64,000 bases of DNA, taken from Alloascoidea hylecoeti. Lineage: Eukaryota. A program made the translations under genes and the position numbers. Below the pieces are notes generated by a model. The model did no database searches and was not told the origin of the DNA. It worked only from the letters and a program-made list of their open reading frames with translations. The stretch is from contig BCKZ01000009.1 of NCBI GenBank assembly GCA_001600815.1, positions 646,194-710,193 of the forward strand, in the 5' to 3' direction. Within the stretch, counting starts at the first letter, position 1. Every line of letters starts with the position of its first letter. Below are positions 37,031 through 49,098 of the stretch, in pieces.

Positions 37031-39164
37031 ATGATATCTTTAATCTCCAAGACAAAGCCGAAGGTTCACCTCCCATCATCGGTAAGAACATCCGGACTTA
37101 CGTCCGTCTCAATATTTTCAAGTTCGAGCCGCATGTTGAGTGTTCATCGGTATCTCAAGCATGACATCCCTAAAACTGCCGGCTTAAGTGATGTTCCGTT
37201 AAATTTCACAAAGAACCATAGAACGATTATTAGATCTTTTTCATCTTCTACTCAATTCCTTAAAGATGAAACTCAAGAACCACCAAAATTAGGTGCGAAG
37301 GAAAAAGTCAAGGAAAGCTTCCGGTCTTCACTATTGGGAAAAGTTCTGTATAAATCTGCAATCGTTACAGGATCTACCTTTATAACCGTAGCCGGTTTAT
37401 TAACTCTTTTCTTCATCTACGATGCTACTACTTATTCTGAAGAACAAAACAAAATTGTGGATTTAGCTGTATCTTCATTGGCTTTGAATCCAAAAATAGG
37501 AGGACCCGAAAACCTACCGATCCTCGAATCACATCTTGATCAATACGACTCGGTCGAAAAATCCGACCTTAAATATAAACCAAAACTCGTTGTATTGGGA
37601 TGTGGATGGGGTGCTGTCTCTTTATTGAAAAACATCTCACCAGAAGATTATAATGTTACTGTCATTTCTCCAACAAATTACTTTTTATTCACTCCTATGC
37701 TTCCTTGTGCCACTGTTGGAACAGTCGAAATCAGGTCTTTGGTCGAGTCAATAAGGAGAATCTGTCAAAAGATCAATGCATATTATGTCCAAGGTTCAGC
37801 AGACAAAGTTGAATTATCTGATAAACTGATTAAAGTAACGACCGTTGACAAGAACGAGAATGAAAGAAAATCATTCTATGTTCCATATGATAAATTGATT
37901 GTTTCTGTCGGATCTACAACAAATACTCATGGTGTTGAAGGATTGCAATACAGTAATTTTTTGAAAACTGTTGAAGATGCAAAAGCAATTAGAACTAAAA
38001 TCATTCAAAATTTAGAAAAGGCTGCTTTACCTACAACTTCTGATACTGAAAGAAAACAATTACTTAGTTTTGTTATTTGTGGTGGTGGTCCAACCGGTGT
38101 TGAATTTGCTGCAGAAGTTTATGATTTATTGAATGAAAATCTTATAAATAATTATCCAAATATTTTAAGAAATGAAATATCTCTTCATATTATTCAATCT
38201 CGATCTCATATCTTGAATACATATGAACAACAAATTTCCGAATATGCTCAAGAGCGATTTAAGAAGGATTCAATTGATATATTAACAAATTCTAGAGTTC
38301 AAAAAATTACCCCCGAAAGTGTCGTCTTCTCACAAAAAACAGAAGATGGAAAGACTGTTGTTAAAGAAATTCCATTTGGATTATGTTTATGGTCAACTGG
38401 TGTCTCTCAAACCCCAGTAGTGAAGAAGTATTTGTGGCTCTCTTGAAGCTCAAACTAATAAGCGTGCCATTGAGACTGATTCCCACTTACGAGTGATTGG
38501 TGCTCCATTAGGTGATGTTTATGCCATCGGAGATTGTTCAACGGTTAAAACTGATACATCAGAACATGTCATTGAATATATAAGGACGATGATTATTAAT
38601 AAATTTACAAGGAATGGTGTTTTAGATACAGCTTTAGTCTCTGATGATAGAATCCAACATATGCCCTTAAGTTATAAAGAATTGGATGAACTTTTTACAA
38701 GAATCAAGAAGAAGAATCCTCAAACAGCTGAGCATATTTGTATTTTCCAAGATAAATTGACAAAGTATGATAAAGGATTTTTCACTATTGAACAGACTAA
38801 ATAATTATTGGAAGAACGTGATTCAAAAGTCATTTCTTCTAATCAACAGGGTAAATATTTAGGACAAAAATTAACCAAAGTTGCAAGACTTTATCCCACA
38901 TTAAAAGTTAATGATATTGTTGATGGAGATATTGATGATGCTATTGGGAAACCGTTTAAATATCATCATTTAGGAAGTTTGGCTTACATTGGAAATGCTG
39001 CAGTATTTGATTTAAATGGTCAGTCTTATTTTGGTGGTTTGACAGCGATGTATTTGTGGAGAAGTGTTTATTTTGCACAAAGTGTTAGTTTCAGATCAAG
39101 AGTTTTGTTATTTATGGATTGGATCAAAAGAGGGATTTTTGGAAGAGATGTAATTGAAGTTTAG
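37031..39164 (+). pseudogene. Alternative (type II) NADH dehydrogenase, EF-hand-insert type, disrupted
   Basis: KPKLVVLGCGWGA, GGGPTGVEFAAE, YAIGDC and PFKYHHLGSLAYIG motifs are present. There is a frameshift at about 38425-38430, an in-frame TAA at 38802-38804, and the conserved LPATAQxA motif before NQQGKYL is missing. Confidence 0.8.
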
Positions 39165-39626
39165 TGGAATATTACTTTAACTTACGACAGATTAATTATT
39201 CAATTAGAACAGATAACAATTTTTTTTATTAAGCTATAGGTATAGCTAAAACAATAAGTAGTAGTTTACAAATTAAATCACCGTTTACACCGACATGTAT
39301 GTATATCCTTTTCTTTGGCAATGAAATTATTTAGTTTAAATAATTCGTTAAGCTTTTAAAAGTTTAGCCTGTTATTTTGTTGGGAACCCCATTTGGTAAT
39401 GATACTAGAATTCGTTGCGCACTTGTGTTATGCTTGGTAATATATTAATTTGATTTTTGATTTTTTGATTTTTGATCTTTGGATGTGTTAGCCCAACTTT
39501 CGTTTTCCATCTTTTTTCTTTATCCCCACCACAATTTACCGTTTTGCCTATCACATTTTTCTTTTAAAACTTATTTGTTTTGATAAATACCAGTCAACTA
39601 TATTAATCAACCTTTTGATACCAGAT

Positions 39627-42145
39627 ATGATTGCAAGTAAAGCGCCTTCAGTGTTAAACGCCGATCATGGTAAACGTAAAATCAATAAAATAAAGGTATA
39701 TATGACAATTGAGCCGTTTAAACAGAGTAACAGTCCCAGCCCAAGTGAAAATGAAAATGAAAACAAAAATGAAATTGATTATACCATCATCAATGATGAT
39801 ACTACTTCAGAACAGATCAAGTTTTTGAGATTGAAGGAGGAGACAAAAAGAGCCGCTACTACCTCTTCACCCGCTACTAAAGTCAACAACAAGCCACATG
39901 AAGCCTTTAATACCGTTGATTTAAACAAGCCTAAACAAGACACTGGTCTTATTAAAAAGAAGAGATCAATTGTTTTAGAATCACATCAGAATGGTGAGAT
40001 TGCAGTTGAACATACCCTTGACACTACTGTTGATAGTAACCATTCCACCTCATCACCAATTATCCCCCATTCTTCTGCCTTCTCCTCAAGGTCTTATGAT
40101 TCTAGAAAGTATAATCTTAGTTCACCTTCTGTTAGTTTTAAATCTATCCCCAACGATAAATCTAAATCCGAATCAGTTGTGGGAACGCCCAAATTTTATC
40201 TCAAGTCTAAAACAACCCCTCTATATGTAGGAGATTTAGCCTCTACTATTACAGAGTCAATTTTGTATAAAACGTTTTCAAAGTTTGGAGAGATTTCTTC
40301 AATCAAAGTTTGCAGAGATACTTCGGGTAAATCTCTTGGATATGGTTATGTTAACTTTGTTAATATCGAAGAAAGTATGTATCAGCTTCATAAAAATTTG
40401 AAAATATCATTCTAACATTAACTGAAACTACTGCTTTAGGTAAAATTGCTACAAGAGAGTTGAATTATACTCCAATTATGGGAAAAGAATGTCGTATAAT
40501 GCCATCAATGAAAAATTTTAAGGAAATTGGGGTTAATCTTTTGGTGTCTAATTTACCCTCGAATTTTACAACTAGAGCGTTCTATGAGTTGTTTTCAAAT
40601 TTTGGAACCATTCTATCAACTAAAATCATTAGCTCTAAAGATACAAATACTTCTAAAGGCATTGGGTTTGTTCATTTCGAGGATGCACTATCCGCTGAAA
40701 AGGCGATTAATGAATTAAATGATAAGATTATAAATGGCAAACAATTATCGATTATTGAGAAACAATCACGGCCTTTGAAGGAAACACCGGCTCCGGTTCC
40801 AGAAAATGAAACAAACTACAGAACACTTTTTGTTAAAAATCTACCTATTAATGTTAATCAATCAGAGGTTCGTCATTTGTTTGCGAAATATGGAACCATT
40901 TATTCGGTGAATGTCAGTCCAGCCCCTGAAATGAAAGCAAGTTGGGCTTTTGTTACTTTTATTAATCATTCAGATGCGGTTAGAGCGGTTGAAATTTTAA
41001 ACAAATATCTTGTTAATGGGAAAACAATTATTGTTAGCAGAGCTTTAAGTAAAGAAGAACGACAAAATGAAGATTTGAAGATTCCAGATAATCGCAGAAG
41101 CTTGTATATTCAGAATCTCAGCCCTTATATTAATGAGGAATTCATTAATGTTTTATTTTCACAGTACGGCCAAGTTTCTAAAGTGAAAATTTTGAAGGAT
41201 GAGAAGGGGGTTGCTCGTGGGATTGCGTTCGTCGAGATGCCCAATAGAAAAGAATTAGAATCAGCGGTTAATAATTTGAATGGATATATGATTAATGAAA
41301 AGGCAATATCTGTAAAGCCATCATTTCTCGACTCTAGATCTACTCCTGATTCAAAACGAAGTATTAATGAGGTTTCAAGAACACCTTTGAAGTATAGACC
41401 TGGTAGTGATTTTAAGATACCACCTCCATCATTTTTCAACTCTTCAAATATGAACCCGGATGTTAATTATAACTATGACTATAAGCCCGAGTTTGATAAA
41501 AGATACCAAAATAATAATACTACAGGATATTCCAAAACACCATCTTCATACTTGAATAGACAAACCCAACAGATACCTTCTATGGAAGATTTACATGTCC
41601 AGAAATTACCAGCATATCAAAATCAAAATAACTATGATAGATATCAATACAATCGTTTGCCTCAATTCCAATATCAAAATCATACTAATTCATGTGTATA
41701 CCCCGTGGGACAACAAGGTGGATATCCAGCCAATTATTATCAACAATCATTACCTTATAATTATAATGATCAGAATAGACAGTCTCAGTATGATATCCCT
41801 ACTGGCTTTGAGCCATTTGGTAGAAATGATGGAATGAATATGAATATGAATATGAATATGAGGTATTCTAAATCACAAACAAATGCCATTTCAAAATATG
41901 AACAAAAACAAAAAAAGGAATATTATAAATATTCAACAGAAGGATTGATTGAATTGATTAAATCAAGGGGCGAGTATAGAAGGATTAGTTCAAAAAGCAG
42001 TCGACGTATCGCTAAATATATCATTGTGAATTTCTGGGAAGATAGATTGGTAGATTTAATGTCAGCAATGAAAGACGGGTATGGTTTTTTAATGTTACAA
42101 GCACAAATTAAAGAAGCTATTGGAAGATTAGATATTAGGATTTAG
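39627..42145 (+). CDS. MIP6: Four-RRM poly(A)-binding-like protein (Mip6/Pes4), 1 intron (40375-40439)
   Basis: RRM1 LYVGDL...[10 protein letters not shown] splices to [17 protein letters not shown], followed by three more RRMs. It sits next to YSC84, as MIP6/PES4 do in S. cerevisiae. The start codon is uncertain. Confidence 0.8.
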
Positions 42146-42379
42146 ATTCGAAATATATAACAAACACTAGTACTAATAAAATATATATAGTAATTATAAC
42201 ACGGCTGCAATTGTAATATAATTAAGGGGAGCTTTTGGGATATGAAGTTGATTAAATATAGTAAGATAAATTAAAAAAATACTAAAAGTCAAGCCAAGAC
42301 GAAATATATATCAACAACTAATTTAAAAAAGACAAGTGAATTTGAAAATTTAGAGAGTAATATGGTAAGAGTAAAAAGA

Positions 42380-43803
42380 CTAAACCAATTCTACATAGTT
42401 TGCAGGGAAGATACCCGATTGTCCATTAACCGAACCAGTCCACCAATCATCTACAGAATCCGTCTTTTCAGTTATAGTAATGACATCACCTTTTTTGAAA
42501 GGTACATCACCTGGTTGTTCACCTTTAAAAGAATAAAGAGCAATTGCTTTTTCTATACCTTTAGCAGAAGAATAAGCAGGAGGAGTTGCAGCAGGAGTAT
42601 TTGAAGAAGGAGGGATTTGTTGTTTATAATCACTTGAATTAAAAGAAGGCTTTGAAGAATTTGGCCTAATAGGTTTTGAATTTAAATTATCACCATTACT
42701 CTCAGTATAACTATTTCTTGGAGGTGATCTATCATATATATCATCACCCCAAGAAGAATTTGTTGAAGATTTATAATTTCTTTGTTGTTTTCTATCTTGA
42801 TTTAATTTTCTATTATTATTATAAAAATCATCACCATCATCATAAGAATCATCAAATCTATGATTTCTTGAATTGGAATTATTGCTGCCAGTTCTAAATC
42901 TTGAAGATATATCACGATTAGATCTGGAAGGAGAACTTGAAGTATCTGAAAATTCATCAGGGATATCATCATAGAAATCATTATCAAAACCATTAATTGC
43001 TCTTCTATTAAAAGCTCTTGATTCCAAAACTCTGAACAGAGGATCTACAGAAGGAGGAGGATCAACTCTACCACTCAAAATAGTTTTGGCAGTACAATTA
43101 TCACCATAAAATTTTCTATTAGCTTCTCTTCTTTCAATTAATACGGAGCCTTCCAAAGAAACACCAGCAAATAAACCTTTTGTTTTTGAATAAGAGAAGA
43201 CAGCAGCAACAGATTTCAGACTAGCGGTGCCAGCAGCCTCGGCATTTCTACCCAAGGGACCAGCAGCAAGGGATACATTACCACCAAGGGTGATTGAGCC
43301 AGCTTGAGCAAATGATCTAACCGCGGCCTCGGTGTTGAGAATGAAGACGAAGTCCGTCAGCTCCGCCCCTATTTGGCCACCCACGCCAGCCCCAGCAGTG
43401 ACGACAGCGGAAGGGGCGGACCACGAGCCATCCGGCAGACGGGCAACAATGACACCTGAGCCAGCTCTTCCGGAGAATAAAAAGCCAGCTTTGAGGACGG
43501 TTAAAACAACTAAACCCTTTGCGTTTTGCAGGACATCAGGAGGGATAACCTAACAGTAATATTAGACACGATGCGTTGGAGCGCGGGGACAGAAAGATGG
43601 CATACCTGAGACGCGGACAGCAGTTGGTTTGGCTTGATGAAGGATGCGAGGATTTTAGCAGCTTTTCTGTAAATAGTTAGCGAGGGTCACGGGGGTCGGC
43701 GGGCCGCAGGGGCCGGGGGGCCGAGGGCCGACGGGAGGGGATCGCGCGGCACATACCTACACTCGCTGCTCAGCGAGCGGGGAATTGGATTGTTGATTCC
43801 CAT
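42380..43803 (-). CDS. YSC84: SYLF + SH3 actin/endocytosis protein, 2 introns (43667-43756, 43550-43605)
   Basis: Spliced N-terminus MGINNPIPRSLSSECRKAAKILASFIKPNQ, SYLF motif GGQIGAELTDFVFILN, and a C-terminal SH3 (WWTG...GIFPANYV). Equivalent to YSC84/LSB3. Confidence 0.95.
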
Positions 43804-43898
43804 TGTTCTGGAGAGGAGGGGCTGACAGCAAAATGGGCCATCCTTTGTCTCGATTCAGATCGGTGGGGTGTCTGGAGGTGTGGCTCTGAGGGTCCACT

Positions 43899-43928
43899 GA
43901 CTGGCACGTGCGCGCGCACGTGCCAGTC
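43899..43928. promoter_or_regulatory. Perfect 30-bp palindrome with two CACGTG boxes in the YSC84/YSC83 divergent promoter
   Basis: GACTGGCACGTGCGC|GCGCACGTGCCAGTC is exactly self-complementary. TTACGTGA and TTACGTAA CRE-like motifs follow it. Confidence 0.8.
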
Positions 43929-44010
43929 CGTCACGCTTACGTGATCCGTTACGTAACGCAGCCAACCTTATATTTCCGTTTTGCTGCGTCCCAATGGGCT
44001 GCAACGAATA

Positions 44011-45360
44011 ATGTCCAATCCAATAGACACCACGCTGGGCAGGATCGTGGAGATCCACAACAAGGCCTCCGAGCTCATTTCCGAAAACTCCCCCATCCCG
44101 GTCCCCAAAGTCGAGATACCCGACCCAAGCCATCCTTTCGCCCGGGCGGCCCAGTGGCTCCAAGAGGTCACCTCGTCTCCTTTAAGCTCCGCTGGCCAGG
44201 ACGCCGGCCTGATCGTCTCGTCCAGTGCCACTGTCATTGCTGGCACCTCGGCCGCGACTGCTTCGGTTGCCGCCTGGTGTAGGAACCATAAATTGGCACT
44301 CTCCGTTGTCGCTGCTGGCACCACGGTAGCTTTTGGCTGTATTCTTTATTCTTCATTTTCTCCAAAGGCACAGGCCAAAAAGCGCAAGGCTCGCAAAGCT
44401 GCAAATGGTGCAAGGCAAGAAGTGGTCATTTTAGCTGCTCCTCCTTCCGCTCCACTCACAAGACTGATCGCCCAGGATCTCGATCGTCGTGGCTTCATTA
44501 TATACATTACCTCGGAATCTTCTGAGTCGGATTCTATAATCGCTCAAGAAGAATCTCAAGATATAAGAGCACTACATATTTCTCCTCAATCTTCTTCTGA
44601 AACTCGTTCTCAATTGCAGAAATTTGCTCAATTTTTTGAAGATCCAAATATAATCAATACTTCCCATCAATTGTTCTTAACTGGTGTTATAATAATCCCA
44701 GATTTAAACTATCCTACCGGCCCAATAGAAAATTTGGGTTTGGAAGCATGGAGTGATGCGATATATTCAAAATTATTAACTCCTTTAGCTCTCATTTCAA
44801 ATGGTTTATTGGAATTAGTTAGAACTTATAAATCCCGCATCATTGTTTTAACACCTTCAATAATGGGTGATCTACAACCCCCTTTCCATTCTATTGAAAC
44901 TGTTATTTCATCTTCATTATCAAATCTTTCTTTAATTTTACATCGAGAATTATCTCCAAATAATGTACCTGTTGTTAATATTAAAATGGGTTCTTTTGAT
45001 TTAGCAACTGATTCAAAACGTGCAAAATCTCGTTATGCTGCTGCTGTTAGACAAGATATATCTGTTTGGCCAAAAGAATTACAAAGAGTTTATGGTTCTA
45101 GTTATCAAGCAAGTGCAACTTCAATTTTAGCATCTTCATCTTCTTCAACTGTTTCAAATGGTGGTTCAAAAATTAAACCTTCTGCATTACGGGATTTACA
45201 TCATGCTATTTTTAATTCTTTAGAATCTAAAAATCCACAAAGAGTTATAGGGGTTGGGAGAGGAAGTAAATCTTATGGTATTATTAATAAAATCCTACCT
45301 ATTTGGTGTCTTGATTATATGTTAAGTCCTTCATCTGATGCTACATATGAAGGTTTTTAA
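44011..45360 (+). CDS. YSC83: DUF1776 / Ysc83-family SDR-like mitochondrial outer membrane protein
   Basis: TM segment followed by KRKARKAANGARQEVVILAAPPSAPLTRLIAQDLDRRGFIIY and PDLNYPTGPIE. It lies between YSC84 and ARG4. Confidence 0.85.
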   Translation: MSNPIDTTLGRIVEIHNKASELISENSPIPVPKVEIPDPSHPFARAAQWLQEVTSSPLSSAGQDAGLIVSSSATVIAGTSAATASVAAWCRNHKLALSVVAAGTTVAFGCILYSSFSPKAQAKKRKARKAANGARQEVVILAAPPSAPLTRLIAQDLDRRGFIIYITSESSESDSIIAQEESQDIRALHISPQSSSETRSQLQKFAQFFEDPNIINTSHQLFLTGVIIIPDLNYPTGPIENLGLEAWSDAIYSKLLTPLALISNGLLELVRTYKSRIIVLTPSIMGDLQPPFHSIETVISSSLSNLSLILHRELSPNNVPVVNIKMGSFDLATDSKRAKSRYAAAVRQDISVWPKELQRVYGSSYQASATSILASSSSSTVSNGGSKIKPSALRDLHHAIFNSLESKNPQRVIGVGRGSKSYGIINKILPIWCLDYMLSPSSDATYEGF

Positions 45361-45435
45361 AATTTCGTTATTATATAAGAAAATATTTATTTAATATAAT
45401 ATAATATAAACAATTTGGTTAGTTTATGTCTAGAT

Positions 45436-46910
45436 TTAAAGTTGTTTTTTTATAGAATCTAATTGATCAAATACAGCTTTCTTTGCTGTTCCACCAATAG
45501 CAGTTCTTTTCTCAACACTTCTTTCAAAATTAAAAACTTCAACAACATCTTTACTAAAACGTTTATCAATTTTTTGAAATTGTTCTAATGATAATTTATC
45601 AATACCTGATAGTTTTAATTCTTCAGCTGTTCGAACACATTCCCCACTAATATGATGAGTTTCTCTAAATGGAACTCCTTTTAATACTAAATAATCTGCT
45701 AAATCTGTTGCAAGCATATCCATTGTTAATGCAGCTAACATTTTTTCTGGTACAACTGTTAAAGTTGATAAAACACCTGTTGCAATTGAAATTGAATGAT
45801 TAACTGTAATCATATTATCAAATAATGGTTCTTTATCTTCTTGTAAATCTTTATTATAAGTTGATGGAATTGATTTACAACTCATCATAAATCCTGCTAA
45901 TTGTCCAAATGCTCTACCTGATTTACCTCTTAATAATTCTAAACTATCTGGATTTTTCTTTTGTGGCATTAATGATGAACCTGTTGAATAAGCATCTGCT
46001 AATTTAATAAAACCAAATTCTCCAGTTGAATAAATTATTAAATCTTCACTAAATCTTGAAATATGATTCATTGTTAATGAACCCCAAAATAATGTTTCAA
46101 TAACAAAATCACGATCTGAAACAGCTGTTAATGAATTACCAATAACTCCTTGAAATCCTAAATTTTCTGCTAAAAATTCTCTATCAATTCCATATGGATG
46201 ACCAGCTAATGCTCCTGCACCTAAAGGTGAAACATTAACTCTTTCAATGATTTGATCTAATCTTTTCAAATCATTAAGAAAATATGTTGCATACATTGAT
46301 AACCAATGACTCCATCTAATAGGTTGAGCTTTTTGTAAATGTGTATAACCAGGCATTAATATATCAATTTCTTTTTCACCTCTATAAATGAAAACTTTTA
46401 TAAAATTAATAAGTAATGATTTAATTTCTTTTAATTGTTCAACAACATAAATTCTCAAATCTGTAACAACTTGATCATTTCTACTTCTACCTGTATGAAC
46501 TTTCCCACTAATTTCTCTACCAATTAATTCACCTAATCTTCTTTCATTTGCTGTATGAATATCTTCATCATCTGGTTTTGCAATAAATTTATTTTCTGAC
46601 CATTCTTTATCGATTATTGATAAACCACGATGAATTTCTGATAATTCATGCTTTGTAATTAATGATAGTTTTTCAAGACCTGCAGTATAAACTTTTGTTC
46701 CTTCAAGATCGGCATGATACATTTTTTGATCATATGGAAGTGATGCATTATAAAGATTCATTAATGGATCAGTAGCACCTAAACTTATATAAAATGGTTA
46801 GCAAATGACATAACATGTGGAGTAAAAGAAATCATTGAAAATAGAAGTAACTACTTACCAGTAAAACGGCCACCCCATAATCTTAATTCGGCAGGTTGAT
46901 CTTGAGACAT
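45436..46910 (-). CDS. ARG4: Argininosuccinate lyase, 1 intron (46779-46858)
   Basis: Exon 1 [18 protein letters not shown] splices to [13 protein letters not shown]; fumarate-lyase signature [12 protein letters not shown]. Confidence 0.97.
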
Positions 46911-47035
46911 TTTAATTGAATGGTTTAACTTCTAAGAAATAGTTGAAATAAACTGAATTGAATTGAATGAAAAAAAAAAAAAAAAAGGTTTATGTCCTTC
47001 TTATCAGTTTTATATAGTTTACGAAAGTTGGGTTG

Positions 47036-47042
47036 TGAGTCA
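47036..47042. promoter_or_regulatory. Gcn4 response element (TGAGTCA) in the ARG4/KRS1 divergent promoter; A17 tract at 46970-46986
   Basis: GTGAGTCAT matches the Gcn4/AP-1 consensus and lies between two genes that are Gcn4 targets in S. cerevisiae. Confidence 0.75.
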
Positions 47043-47124
47043 TGATCACCCGGACATCATACGGACTAAAACTTTTTCATATTATCAGTCATAACTGAAA
47101 TTTGTTAGATATTTATTGCCAACA

Positions 47125-48909
47125 ATGTCTTCTGAAGAAGTGAAAAACGTTACTGAACAATTACAAAAGACTTACTTAGATGAAGTTACTAATGAACAAG
47201 TATCTAAGAGTGAATTGAAAAGACGTCAGAAGCAACGTCAATTGGAAAAAAAGAGAGCTGAAAAAAAGGCAACGGCCACAACTGCCAAACCAAATGCTTC
47301 TAATAAGAAAAAACAAGTTGAAGAAGAACTTACTCCAAATCAATATTTTGAAATTAGATCTCGTCAAATTGATGCTTTAAGAACTACTAAGGATCCAAAT
47401 CCATATCCTCATAAGTTTCAAGTTTCTATTAGAATAGATCAATTTATTGAAAAATATTCACATTTGCAAAGAGGTGAAACTTTACCTGAAGAAAAAGTTT
47501 CTGTTGCTGGTAGAATTTTTTCAAAACGTGAAAGTGGTTCTAAATTGAAATTTTATGTTTTACATGGTGAAGGTAAACAAATTCAAATCATGGCTCAAGC
47601 TCAAGATTGTACTGGTGATTATGAAAAAATGCATGAATTATTAAAACGTGGTGATATAATTGGTGTTAAAGGATATCCTGGTAAAACTCAACCAAAAAAA
47701 GGTGGTGAAGGTGAATTATCTGTTTTTGCTCAAGAAGTTATTTTATTAACTCCTTCATTACGTATGCTTCCAACTGAACATTATGGTTTTAAAGATCAAG
47801 AATCAAGATATAGAATGAGATATTTGGATTTAATTATGAATAATTCAACAAGAGATCGTTTTATTACAAGATCTAAAATTATTTCATTTATTCGAAAATT
47901 TTTTGATTCAAGAGATTTTATTGAAGTTGAAACTCCAATGATGAATTTAATTGCAGGTGGTGCAACTGCTAAACCATTCATTACTCATCATAATGATTTG
48001 AATATGGATTTATTCTTACGTATTGCTCCTGAATTATATTTAAAAGAACTTGTGGTTGGTGGTTTAGAAAGAGTTTATGAAATTGGTCGTCAATTTAGAA
48101 ATGAAGGAATTGATATGACACATAATCCTGAATTTACAACCTGTGAATTTTATCAAGCTTATGCTGATGTATATGACCTCATGGAAACAACTGAAATATT
48201 GTTCTCAGAAATGGTTAAAGAACTTACTGGTGGTTATGTTGTTAAATATCAACCTGATGGTCCATCTGGTAAAACATTGGAACTTAACTTTGCTAGACCA
48301 TGGAAAAGAGTTGATATGATTACTGAATTAGAATCTAAATTAAATGTTAAATTCCCACCTGGTGATCAACTTCATACAGATGAAACAAATAAATTCTTAA
48401 GAGAAATTCTTAAACAACATAAACTGGATTGTCCACCTCCTCTTACCAATGCTCGTATGTTGGACAAGTTGGTTGGTGATTTTATCGAGGATAATTGTAT
48501 TAATCCAACTTTTGTTTTTGGTCATCCACAAATGATGTCACCATTGGCCAAATATCATCGTGATATTAAAGGTCTGTGTGAACGTTTTGAAGTTTTCGTT
48601 GCAACAAAGGAAATCTGTAATGCATATACAGAATTAAACGATCCATTTGACCAAAGGGCACGTTTTGAAGAGCAGGCAAGACAAAAGGATCAAGGTGATG
48701 ATGAGGCTCAATTAATAGACGAGACCTTCTGTAATGCCTTAGAATATGCTTTACCTCCTACTGGTGGTTGGGGTTGTGGTATTGATCGTATTGCAATGTT
48801 CTTGACCAATTCTAATACAATTAAAGAAGTTTTACTCTTCCCAACTATGAAACCAGAAATTCAAAAATCACAGGTCAAGGAGCTAGAGGATGGCTCAGCA
48901 GCTGCTTAA
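47125..48909 (+). CDS. KRS1: Cytoplasmic lysyl-tRNA synthetase
   Basis: SKSELKRR N-terminal helix, [44 protein letters not shown]. Confidence 0.97.
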   Translation: MSSEEVKNVTEQLQKTYLDEVTNEQVSKSELKRRQKQRQLEKKRAEKKATATTAKPNASNKKKQVEEELTPNQYFEIRSRQIDALRTTKDPNPYPHKFQVSIRIDQFIEKYSHLQRGETLPEEKVSVAGRIFSKRESGSKLKFYVLHGEGKQIQIMAQAQDCTGDYEKMHELLKRGDIIGVKGYPGKTQPKKGGEGELSVFAQEVILLTPSLRMLPTEHYGFKDQESRYRMRYLDLIMNNSTRDRFITRSKIISFIRKFFDSRDFIEVETPMMNLIAGGATAKPFITHHNDLNMDLFLRIAPELYLKELVVGGLERVYEIGRQFRNEGIDMTHNPEFTTCEFYQAYADVYDLMETTEILFSEMVKELTGGYVVKYQPDGPSGKTLELNFARPWKRVDMITELESKLNVKFPPGDQLHTDETNKFLREILKQHKLDCPPPLTNARMLDKLVGDFIEDNCINPTFVFGHPQMMSPLAKYHRDIKGLCERFEVFVATKEICNAYTELNDPFDQRARFEEQARQKDQGDDEAQLIDETFCNALEYALPPTGGWGCGIDRIAMFLTNSNTIKEVLLFPTMKPEIQKSQVKELEDGSAAA

Positions 48910-49098
48910 GCTTGATTAAATAGACTTATTAGTGTATATTGTTTATATATATATTATAAATAGTTAGTATCGATGATCAATGCTACGAATATTGAAATGA
49001 AATAAACTTTACAAAATATTGTTTATATATATTTTATGAACTAATTAATTAAGTTTTTTTTGTTTGTTGTATTTTTTTTTTTTTTTTTAGATGAAGCT

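Noticed and set aside
38420..38450. Programmed frameshift or hidden intron rescuing the NADH dehydrogenase
   Set aside because: No slippery heptamer or donor/branch/acceptor set was found, and the downstream stop and motif deletion would still inactivate the protein.
48421..48580. Alternative yeast genetic code (CUG=Ser or Ala)
   Set aside because: CTG codons fall at positions that are Leu in S. cerevisiae Krs1 (KL[D/E]CPPP, GLCERFE), consistent with the standard code. The sample is small.
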